Source: a virus
Lineage: Duplodnaviria; Caudoviricetes
Virus record (IMG/VR): IMGVR_UViG_3300042289_001106
Span: 1-28,372 of that record
DNA: 28,372 nt
Strand: one strand, 5' to 3'
The stretch's first letter is position 1; every line of letters starts with the position of its first letter. The notes beneath the pieces are model-generated. The model worked only from the letters and a program-made list of their open reading frames with translations, ran no database searches and was not told where the DNA came from. Below are positions 20,777-27,233 of the stretch, in pieces. A program made the translations under genes and the position numbers.

Positions 20777-22723
20777 TTATGACCTCTTTAATTCCCCGTT
20801 CGAATAACTTGATCTATAGTAACTATTAGTGGAAAACATAGTTCCAGAGACATCATCGCCAGAAGCAATAACATCTTTAATCATATTTATTTTGCTTTTT
20901 GATATGCTAAAAGATAGATAAAGATCCTTGAGTCCGATGATATCATTAGACTCTGGGAACGCTTGTATTTCAATAATATCTTGCCCTAAAGAAGTTTCTG
21001 TAATGGTTACTCCATTTAATAAAATTTCACCAGAAGAATAGTCTACTGTTCCTGCAGACTTAACAATGACCAAGGTACTAAACGTTGTTGTTGTACCTAT
21101 GCCTGTAACAACAGGAGTTTCTTTAACAATCGATATCGTTCCCTTTCCACTACCATCTAAATTTCCTTTGGAATCTTTATTTGGAGTATCTGTTAGATAA
21201 ACTGTTTCTGGTTCTCCAAATATCTTAAATCCAGTTGATTTAATATTTTTTCCTTCAGGGTTTATATGGAATTTATTACCAAAACAAATCTCATATTGAG
21301 TTGGAGCATCGATTAATGCTTTTAAATCTCTTCTGAGTCTTACTTTTGTAATGTTAGAAGTAATTGCAGCATCGGTGTTATCAATAACTTGCAGAACCTT
21401 ACTGTACTTAAATCTTCCACCAAAAGCATTTAAATTTGGTGACTGTGCATATGAATTTAGAGAAGAAATTACTTTTGTCTTGAGATCTTCAACACTTCCA
21501 ACTTGAGAATAATTGTAATAAACTGATGAATCAATTTCAACATAAAGAACTTTAAGATCTATAATTTCAGGATTAATTCCTGCAACTGTATATTGCTTTA
21601 ATTTGTTTTTGATTTCTTGCTTATCAAAGTCTGAAACATAGGTTCCATTCTTAGGTTTAATACTAATCAAAACTTTTCCAAACTGTGGTGGACTGAGTTC
21701 TTCACCACCAACTACAGATATTGATTCTGCATTTTCATAAATTTTGGATTTAATAAGAGATTCATAATCTCTAGATGTAACTGCACGATATTGTGATGCG
21801 TACAATCTAGGCGCATACGATTTAACTGATTGTATACTTTCAATATCAGATCCGTTTTGGGATGATTGTATTGTTGTAACAGTGATCGTATTGTTTATAA
21901 TCTCGGTAGCATCATTTTCGTTTTTGAATGTTCCGGCAAAACTAAAAGCATTCGCGCCATTTCCATTCTTACCATCAGTAATAATATACGTTACGGTAAT
22001 AATTGAATTGTTTTCAAGTTTCTTACCAAATCTACCATCTCCAAAAAGAATCTCATATTTTTCATCCTTAACTTCTTGAATCAGATAGGTTTCAGATGTT
22101 GAACCAATTTCAAAAATATTATCTACAAGAGTATATAAGTTTCCTAATCCTGTGTTACTTGGAGATTTTACGTATACACGAATTGTAGTCGTGTCTATGA
22201 ACGAATTATCTAATATAAATCTCTGATCTAGTGATCCATCTACTGTAAACTGTTTTCTGAGAAAAGTTCCTTCCTTAAGAGTAATATTGCTAAACGTCGC
22301 TGTACCGTTGATAACACTTGCTGTAATGTTTTCTGGAACTGAAAACACGTATGATGTGCCACCAGCGGAACCAGTACAAACTAATCCAGATTGTAATGTT
22401 AATGTCGATGTCGAGGTCGTTGGTTGCGCTGTGAACGAAACAACCGCACTTGATGCTGTTCTAGACTTAGGTACGTACCCAATGTTTCTAGCTAAAGAAA
22501 CAACATTTTCTCTTACGGTCGCTGAGTCCAAAAAGGACTCGTTTACGACCATATTTGAGTTAAATGCTGTAATATAAGTGTTATATGCTAAGGTATCAAT
22601 TAAAACAGAAAAATTAGACCCTTCAAAGTCGAAATCCGTAAAATTGGAATTTGCACGGAGATAGTCTTTGATAGATGTCTTTATCTGATCAAAATCTAAA
22701 TTAGAAAACTTAGTAAAAGGCAT
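20777..22723 (-). CDS. gp6: Baseplate wedge subunit gp6
   Basis: LDFDQIKTSIKDYLRANSNFTDFDFEGSNFSVLIDTLAYNTY, ESFLDSATVRENVVSLARNIGYVP, FGDGRFGK, RAVTSRDYE. Confidence 0.92.
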   Translation of the reverse strand: MPFTKFSNLDFDQIKTSIKDYLRANSNFTDFDFEGSNFSVLIDTLAYNTYITAFNSNMVVNESFLDSATVRENVVSLARNIGYVPKSRTASSAVVSFTAQPTTSTSTLTLQSGLVCTGSAGGTSYVFSVPENITASVINGTATFSNITLKEGTFLRKQFTVDGSLDQRFILDNSFIDTTTIRVYVKSPSNTGLGNLYTLVDNIFEIGSTSETYLIQEVKDEKYEILFGDGRFGKKLENNSIITVTYIITDGKNGNGANAFSFAGTFKNENDATEIINNTITVTTIQSSQNGSDIESIQSVKSYAPRLYASQYRAVTSRDYESLIKSKIYENAESISVVGGEELSPPQFGKVLISIKPKNGTYVSDFDKQEIKNKLKQYTVAGINPEIIDLKVLYVEIDSSVYYNYSQVGSVEDLKTKVISSLNSYAQSPNLNAFGGRFKYSKVLQVIDNTDAAITSNITKVRLRRDLKALIDAPTQYEICFGNKFHINPEGKNIKSTGFKIFGEPETVYLTDTPNKDSKGNLDGSGKGTISIVKETPVVTGIGTTTTFSTLVIVKSAGTVDYSSGEILLNGVTITETSLGQDIIEIQAFPESNDIIGLKDLYLSFSISKSKINMIKDVIASGDDVSGTMFSTNSYYRSSYSNGELKRS

Positions 22724-22724
22724 T

Positions 22725-23126
22725 TTATCTTGCTGCCTCTAATATGAATGAAAATTGTTGTGTAGGAATTTCTTGCCCTATAATATCAAAGGTAATTGTA
22801 ATTTCAAACTCATTTGTATCTGGACTTGGGTTTACCTGTACTAAAACATTTTGAACTCTTGGTTCAAAATTCTGAATAGTCAGACGAATTTGGTCTTGAA
22901 TGACCGATGCAGTTCCAAAATCAACAAATTCAAAAAGACTTGAACGAACATTTGAACCAAGAGTCAGATTAAAAAATCTTTCTGTTGGAATCGTTTCAAC
23001 TAAATTGCGAATGGAACGAATAATCGCATTCTCATTCTTCAAAATGGGTAAGTCTTTAGTAATTGGATGAGGTTCAAAAGATAAACTAATATCTTTAAAT
23101 GATCTAGATACCCTATTTACTGTCAT
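22725..23126 (-). CDS. gp25: Baseplate wedge subunit gp25
   Basis: FKDISLSF...NENAIIRSIRNLVETIPTERFFN...IQNFEPRV; gp25/GPW family pattern, directly upstream of gp6. Confidence 0.9.
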   Translation of the reverse strand: MTVNRVSRSFKDISLSFEPHPITKDLPILKNENAIIRSIRNLVETIPTERFFNLTLGSNVRSSLFEFVDFGTASVIQDQIRLTIQNFEPRVQNVLVQVNPSPDTNEFEITITFDIIGQEIPTQQFSFILEAAR

Positions 23127-23147
23127 TAGGACATAGAATTTCTTCTT

Positions 23148-23155
23148 TATTTATT
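23148..23155 (-). promoter_or_regulatory. Late promoter variant AATAAATA
   Basis: Intergenic, 22 nt upstream of the gp25 ATG; 7/8 match to TATAAATA. Confidence 0.6.
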
Positions 23156-23156
23156 C

Positions 23157-23399
23157 CTATTTCCAAGAAGATCCATAGACTGGTTCAGTTCCATAGTCCC
23201 AATCATCATAATCTTCATCATTTCGAATCTTTTCATGCAACTCCACTTGTTTTTTAAAGTCATGTTTGGGTGCTGTATCGTGCATAACCTCTTGAATGAC
23301 TCTTTTTTGAGGAACATCGACATAATCTGTGATTAAGCGATCAGTTCCCCACATATCATACATATAATTTTTGTCTCTATCGACGGGTAGATTTGACAT
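23157..23399 (-). CDS. Hypothetical acidic protein (80 aa)
   Basis: ATG preceded by AGGAG Shine-Dalgarno; co-oriented in the cluster. Confidence 0.75.
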   Translation of the reverse strand: MSNLPVDRDKNYMYDMWGTDRLITDYVDVPQKRVIQEVMHDTAPKHDFKKQVELHEKIRNDEDYDDWDYGTEPVYGSSWK

Positions 23400-23405
23400 T
23401 TTAGC

Positions 23406-23458
23406 TCCTGTTTTAACGAATAAAACAGAACTTTTATAAAGGAGGTTGCTATCTCCTT
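23406..23458 (-). promoter_or_regulatory. Structured 5' leader with two hairpins, the second sequestering the RBS
   Basis: Minus strand: AAGGAG-atagcaac-CTCCTT, then TTCTGTTTTA-ttcgt-TAAAACAGGA(G), whose 3' arm contains AGGA of the SD; TTAAATA late-like box at 23464-23470. Confidence 0.5.
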
Positions 23459-23466
23459 ATGTCTAT

Positions 23467-23808
23467 TTAACGTTCTACTTCTCTTAATGAGTATGAGTCG
23501 GAATTAAGGTATTTTAAGACTTCTAAGGCGATTAAACGGGGATTTCCTTCACCGCAAGTGTAGACATCGACTGCTAAACACCCATTTTCTGGCCAAGTAT
23601 GACAAGAAACATGACTTTCTGAAAGAGCAATCACGACTGTACAACCCTGAGGTATGAAACAATGAGAAAAAACGTTCAAAATGGTCATTTTTGCACGTTC
23701 AATTCCCTTAATCATGACGTTTTGTAGAGAATTTACGTCATTAATCAGGTTAAAATCAACATCATACACCTCTAGCAGCAGGTGCTTACCCATTGAAAAC
23801 TGTTTCAA
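23467..23808 (-). CDS. speD: S-adenosylmethionine decarboxylase proenzyme-like (pyruvoyl-dependent, SpeD/SpeH class)
   Basis: GKHLLLEVY, F.PQGCT, LSESHVSCHTWPE (E-S autocleavage site), AVDVYTCG. Start is TTG 23808 or ATG 23793. Confidence 0.9.
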   Translation of the reverse strand: MKQFSMGKHLLLEVYDVDFNLINDVNSLQNVMIKGIERAKMTILNVFSHCFIPQGCTVVIALSESHVSCHTWPENGCLAVDVYTCGEGNPRLIALEVLKYLNSDSYSLREVER

Positions 23809-23828
23809 TTCAATTTCGATAAAAAATT

Positions 23829-23836
23829 TATTTATT
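23829..23836 (-). promoter_or_regulatory. Late promoter variant AATAAATA upstream of speD
   Basis: Overlaps the stop of the upstream gene; 7/8 match; AT-rich context lowers specificity. Confidence 0.45.
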
Positions 23837-24422
23837 CGATATAAAAACCCTTGCGATAATAGTCTATATCATCAACAAATCTCATATTTTCAACTTTTTC
23901 ATCGCTCCAAACTGGAATTGCAAGTGAATTTCCATAACGAAAATCAGGATTTCTACGAAAATGAACTTCAATTAACTTATCTCCAATGAATTCGCAGTTA
24001 ATCCAGTCATAAGTTCCCTTTAGGTCTTTTAAAATCTCAGGAAATTCAACTTTTTGATCAATTTTTTCCCACTTTTTCCATTTATAATAAGGGTCATTCT
24101 CATCTCTAGTGCCAACGACAACCAATTCTGCCTTCTGCTGACAAAAATCAATACTTAAATGCTCACCTTTAAAGATTTCACACCAAAACTCACCTGGATG
24201 AAATTGATCAGTGTGTTTTTCAATCCATTCATTACGAGCAAAACGCCCCATACCGAGCAAGTTCACCATCGGGCGAACAATATAAAAGTCGGGTTGAGGA
24301 ACAGTAGTCCCAACAGGACCACATGTATACTCTAAAACCCGACTTAAAAACAATTTATTATAAACCCAGAGGTCTGACGGATGTATATTTTCCCATTCAT
24401 CATTACCGTCTAGGTAATACAT
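23832..24422 (-). CDS. Putative ATP-grasp-fold protein (196 aa)
   Basis: IVRPMVNLLGMGR resembles the KP..g.gg.G loop; WINCEFIGDKLIEVHFRRNPD resembles the D/E..EvN.rp metal-binding end of ATP-grasp ligases. The gene is confident, the fold is inferred. Confidence 0.55.
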   Translation of the reverse strand: MYYLDGNDEWENIHPSDLWVYNKLFLSRVLEYTCGPVGTTVPQPDFYIVRPMVNLLGMGRFARNEWIEKHTDQFHPGEFWCEIFKGEHLSIDFCQQKAELVVVGTRDENDPYYKWKKWEKIDQKVEFPEILKDLKGTYDWINCEFIGDKLIEVHFRRNPDFRYGNSLAIPVWSDEKVENMRFVDDIDYYRKGFYIE

Positions 24423-24574
24423 TATCCCTTACCTTGCCCTCTATATTTTTTTCTAGCTCCATTACGAGAAGAGGCAGCGTATTTTGTTCCAGCTCCATCG
24501 CCTTGGCGAGACTTTTTAGGTGGTCCAGGACTATAAGACGTGCGCTTATTCAATCCACCAGTTGCTTTTGCCAT
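24422..24574 (-). CDS. Small very basic protein (50 aa)
   Basis: Not in ORF track: MAKATGGLNKRTSYSPGPPKKSRQGDGAGTKYAASSRNGARKKYRGQGKG*; its TAA overlaps the ATG of the next gene (TAATG) and it fills the gap exactly. Confidence 0.8.
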   Translation of the reverse strand: MAKATGGLNKRTSYSPGPPKKSRQGDGAGTKYAASSRNGARKKYRGQGKG

Positions 24575-24744
24575 TTATGATTCTCCAATAAAATTTCAGT
24601 TTCAAGATCTTCAGGGGATGGAGAACCTGTCTGATAAAATTCAATCGACAGATCCTCCATTACATCGAAATATTCTTCTTCTGTGAGACTTGAATAAATT
24701 CGTCTTCCTTTACAAAGAATATTGTAACGTTCGTTAGACATCAA
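24550..24744 (-). CDS. Hypothetical acidic protein (64 aa)
   Basis: Start overlaps the stop of the glycosyltransferase-like gene; YNILCKGRRIYSSLTEEEYFDVMEDL. Confidence 0.7.
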   Translation of the reverse strand: MMSNERYNILCKGRRIYSSLTEEEYFDVMEDLSIEFYQTGSPSPEDLETEILLENHKWQKQLVD

Positions 24745-25499
24745 ATCACTCTTGTTTTTTCGTGACCAACGCGGATGCGAGGATCACACCAGATTTCAAA
24801 ACCTGCTTCCTTTGCATCCAAACAGAATGATACATCTTCTCCACACATATCCTGAACTTGCCCAGATTCAAAGACTTGCATCTTTGGAGCAAACCAAGGA
24901 TATTTCATTTCTGAATGTTCAAAGACTCCATTCTTAATCAACAACCAACCAAAACCAGTATAGTCTACTGTGAATGGCTTTCTACGCTTTGAAATACTTT
25001 CAACAGTTTCATGATTCATCACACCACCATTGTTTCGGAAATCATCTTCCTCTAACCAATGTGCCACTGAGGTTGTTACACCATCTTCAGTCGCATACCA
25101 ACCAGCAGCAATGTCCTGATCCATTAGAACCAGTTGCCAAAACTTTTCAGTGTTGAATACAATGTCAGAATCAATCCAAAGTTGCCAATCATATTTCAGT
25201 TTCCCATCCCAAGGTACCTGATCAGGTCCTCTCAGAACATTTGCTCCCAAACACTTACAGCGAGCAAAATTAACCATTGATGAATAATCTTGCGAAATCT
25301 GAATGCTAGCACCTGCTTGAACTAAATCAAAACAAAGTTGCACGAAGTTCTTAAGATAAACATAAGAAACTCCTCTACCAGGCAGACAGAAAACAACTGA
25401 CTTTCCTCGCACCATTTCTTTTGCCTTATTGTAATCCCATTCTTCAGCAGAATTACTTGGAGACGGTGCTTTTGCTTTTACTGTGAATCCTTTAGCCAT
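24741..25499 (-). CDS. GT-A fold glycosyltransferase-like protein (252 aa)
   Basis: N-terminal VVFCLPG, NFARC, LWIDSD (DxD), TGFGWLLIK..VFE, GEDVSFC...AGFEIWCDP.IRVGHEK. Confidence 0.75.
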   Translation of the reverse strand: MAKGFTVKAKAPSPSNSAEEWDYNKAKEMVRGKSVVFCLPGRGVSYVYLKNFVQLCFDLVQAGASIQISQDYSSMVNFARCKCLGANVLRGPDQVPWDGKLKYDWQLWIDSDIVFNTEKFWQLVLMDQDIAAGWYATEDGVTTSVAHWLEEDDFRNNGGVMNHETVESISKRRKPFTVDYTGFGWLLIKNGVFEHSEMKYPWFAPKMQVFESGQVQDMCGEDVSFCLDAKEAGFEIWCDPRIRVGHEKTRVI

Positions 25500-25521
25500 A
25501 AGATAAAACGTTTACTTCAGT

Positions 25522-25550
25522 ATCATACGTTATTATGTAGTGAATGTCAA
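25522..25550 (-). promoter_or_regulatory. Host-like sigma70 promoter TTGACA-N17-TATGAT
   Basis: -35 at 25550-25545, -10 at 25527-25522, spacer exactly 17 nt, 23 nt upstream of ATG 25499. Confidence 0.85.
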
Positions 25551-25721
25551 TCACTCCCGTTCTGAGAGAATTACTTCATCACCTTCGATTGAAAATTGAA
25601 TCTCAGTATCTTCATACCATGAGAGTTCATTAACAATTTCTTCTGGAACAACAAGGTAGTACTCACCAGAAATTGGATCGACTTGTAGGGACTCAAAAAT
25701 ATCTCCGGAATTTTTTTTCAT
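25551..25721 (-). CDS. AbrB/MazE/SpoVT-like DNA-binding protein (56 aa)
   Basis: Not in ORF track: MKKNSGDIFESLQVDPISGEYYLVVPEEIVNELSWYEDTEIQFSIEGDEVILSERE*; the l.iP.ei...l.w..g..v.f...gd.iil swapped-hairpin pattern; TATAAT boxes at 25729-25734 and 25751-25756. Confidence 0.65.
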   Translation of the reverse strand: MKKNSGDIFESLQVDPISGEYYLVVPEEIVNELSWYEDTEIQFSIEGDEVILSERE

Positions 25722-25774
25722 TTGGTGTATTATATGCGACCTTTTTCAGAATTATATAGTATCCGGAATTTTTT
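25704..25774. repeat. 13-bp direct repeat TCCGGAATTTTTT (25704-25716 and 25762-25774)
   Basis: Two exact copies 58 bp apart bracketing the two TATAAT boxes and start codon of the AbrB-like gene. Confidence 0.7.
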
Positions 25775-25843
25775 GAATAGAGAGATATTGAGAGGTCGAT
25801 CTGGGTCGTTTATAGCTTAGGGTAGTGGTGCGTTTTTATATCA

Positions 25844-25857
25844 CGGGGGCGCCCCCG
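25844..25857. repeat. Perfect 14-bp palindrome CGGGGGCGCCCCCG at the AT/GC boundary
   Basis: Read directly from the sequence. Confidence 0.8.
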
Positions 25858-25934
25858 ATCGCGCACGGCGGCGGGGGACTGTCGTTCACGAACGAACGCA
25901 TAAGGCGACCAACCCCCCACCAGACCCCAGAAGG

Positions 25935-26276
25935 TCAGAAGCGGACTGCCAGAGCAGAATGCCCGACGCGATCTGCCAGACGGTCACGGGCCGCGGCGAT
26001 ACGGTCGGCGCGATGCTGTGCCTTAGCGTTGCTAATGGTGCCCTTAAGATCAGCGACCATCTCACGACCCATCCCACCAACGGGATTCAGAGTGACCCCA
26101 CGACCGACACACCGATCGCCGCTGCCCTGACCCCGACCACGAACGGTGACGGATTCATCTCCATCACCACGGCGGACTTGCCCAACAGAAGCGCCACGCC
26201 CACGCTGACCCTGACGCTGCCAAAGTTCATCAGCACGGGGGTTGCGGCGGGGCAGGCGGGTAACGGTGTAGGTCAT
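25935..26276 (-). CDS. Arg/Gly-rich basic early protein (113 aa)
   Basis: Start re-assigned to ATG 26276 (MTYTVTRLPRRNPR...), 13 nt after the conserved cassette leader. Confidence 0.75.
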   Translation of the reverse strand: MTYTVTRLPRRNPRADELWQRQGQRGRGASVGQVRRGDGDESVTVRGRGQGSGDRCVGRGVTLNPVGGMGREMVADLKGTISNAKAQHRADRIAAARDRLADRVGHSALAVRF

Positions 26277-26289
26277 CGGGGTGGGGTGG

Positions 26290-26310
26290 TGAACTGAGAG
26301 AATTGTAGCA
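26290..26310 (-). promoter_or_regulatory. Early cassette promoter: extended -10 TGcTACAAT plus TCTCTCAGTTCA leader
   Basis: Plus strand tgaactgagagaattgtagca; 24 bp identical to the copy at 26517-26540. Confidence 0.8.
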
Positions 26311-26325
26311 CGGGCAGGGGGAGGG

Positions 26326-26505
26326 TCACCAGGTCGGCAGTGCCTCCTGTGCCTCATCGCGATGTGCCTCAGAGAACTGCCCTGCCCACGTGACGGCATC
26401 AGTTCCCCACGGCGGGGTCAGGCGGTTGAAGTTGGTGCCGTCGTTGCGGTAGGCGACCCAGATGGTCTGACGGTCGGTGAGGCGGGTGGCAGGAGAGAGG
26501 CGCAT
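26326..26505 (-). CDS. Small early protein (59 aa)
   Basis: Start re-assigned to ATG 26505 (MRLSPATRLTDRQTIWVAYRNDG...EALPTW*), 12 nt after the leader motif. Confidence 0.75.
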   Translation of the reverse strand: MRLSPATRLTDRQTIWVAYRNDGTNFNRLTPPWGTDAVTWAGQFSEAHRDEAQEALPTW

Positions 26506-26517
26506 TGGTTCGGGGTG

Positions 26518-26538
26518 TGAACTGAGAGAATTGTAGCA
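26518..26538 (-). promoter_or_regulatory. Early cassette promoter: extended -10 TGcTACAAT plus TCTCTCAGTTCA leader
   Basis: Plus strand tgaactgagagaattgtagca. Confidence 0.8.
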
Positions 26539-26554
26539 CGTTCCGTGGCACAGA

Positions 26555-26776
26555 TCAGGCGACGGATTTGGCGGCAAGCATCAGGGCGTGGAATTTATGG
26601 AATTCGTGGGTCATGCCAGGGGAGAGCGTCGGGCGTCCCTTGCTGCCGTGAGCGGGAAGGTGGAAGGTCTGAGCGATGGCGGGATGGGTCACCTTGTCGT
26701 GACTGCCACCAGGTTTGATCGTGCCTCCTGATTTAATGATGAGGCGGCGGGCATCGCGGATCTTCAGGGGTTGCAT
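26555..26776 (-). CDS. hicA: HicA-family mRNA interferase-like protein (73 aa), no adjacent HicB
   Basis: MQPLKIRDARRLIIKSGGTIKPGGSHDKVTHPAIAQTFHLPAHGSKGRPTLSPGMTHEFHKF: GSH (His26), HP, PxH and L.pG motifs with HicA spacing and size. Confidence 0.7.
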   Translation of the reverse strand: MQPLKIRDARRLIIKSGGTIKPGGSHDKVTHPAIAQTFHLPAHGSKGRPTLSPGMTHEFHKFHALMLAAKSVA

Positions 26777-26800
26777 CGGGTCCGTTGCTTTGGTTCCCAT

Positions 26801-26859
26801 AGCATAAACCCCCCAGCGGCGAACCGTAGGGGGGCAATGGTCAGATTCAGAATTGGATG
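26801..26859 (-). promoter_or_regulatory. Variant early promoter of hicA: degenerate palindrome, C6/G6 hairpin, TATGCT -10
   Basis: Minus strand CATCCA-N10-TGACCA, then CCCCCC-t-aCGG-TTCG-CCGc-t-GGGGGG, then TATGCT with the same 37-nt offset as the other cassettes. Confidence 0.55.
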
Positions 26860-26990
26860 GGTTCGGCGGTCGGTTCGCCGTCACCGTCCTGAGCGATGCG
26901 TTGTCCGTCAGAGAGTCCTTCCAGGATGCTCAGAATCTGGGAACCGTTGCGACCCTGGCGGAGCAGGGAAAGGGCAAGGTCAAGGGTCAT
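26847..26990 (-). CDS. Small early protein (47 aa)
   Basis: Not in ORF track: MTLDLALSLLRQGRNGSQILSILEGLSDGQRIAQDGDGEPTAEPIQF*; GC3-rich codons, fills the gap. Confidence 0.7.
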   Translation of the reverse strand: MTLDLALSLLRQGRNGSQILSILEGLSDGQRIAQDGDGEPTAEPIQF

Positions 26991-27055
26991 GGGTATGCTA
27001 GGATTGTGAGTTGGTTTGGTGTGGGCGTCTTTCAGGGCGCACCCGTTCCCATGAG

Positions 27056-27220
27056 TCAGGCGGCGACCAGCAGATCCTCCTCCCAGCGGTAGAAGGTCAG
27101 AATCTCAGCGTAGGGGTCAACCTCCACAGTGGGGGCATTCGCTCTCATGATCGCTGCCTTGCACTGGGCGGCAATCTCATCAATGCTGAGGGCGCGGTCG
27201 GTGGCGGGGTTGTAGCGCAT
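27056..27220 (-). CDS. Small early protein (54 aa) with SsrA-like C-terminus
   Basis: Not in ORF track: MRYNPATDRALSIDEIAAQCKAAIMRANAPTVEVDPYAEILTFYRWEEDLLVAA*; ATG 13 nt after the leader motif. Confidence 0.8.
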   Translation of the reverse strand: MRYNPATDRALSIDEIAAQCKAAIMRANAPTVEVDPYAEILTFYRWEEDLLVAA

Positions 27221-27233
27221 GGTGTGGTTCGTT

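Noticed and set aside
1674-25156. Short antisense or out-of-frame ORFs nested in the structural and accessory genes
   Set aside because: Fully overlapped by long, well-supported genes; no motifs or start signals.
25844-25857. Rho-independent terminator for the early array
   Set aside because: On the minus strand the palindrome is followed by TGATATAAAAA, not a U-tract.
25722-25934. tRNA gene in the boundary region
   Set aside because: No cloverleaf or properly placed T-loop (GTTCGA) found.
26277-26884. Longer N-termini given by the ORF track (starts 26399, 26577, 26884)
   Set aside because: They extend through the cassette promoters and into upstream genes; the ATGs just downstream of the leader or -10 (26276, 26505, 26776) fit the array pattern.
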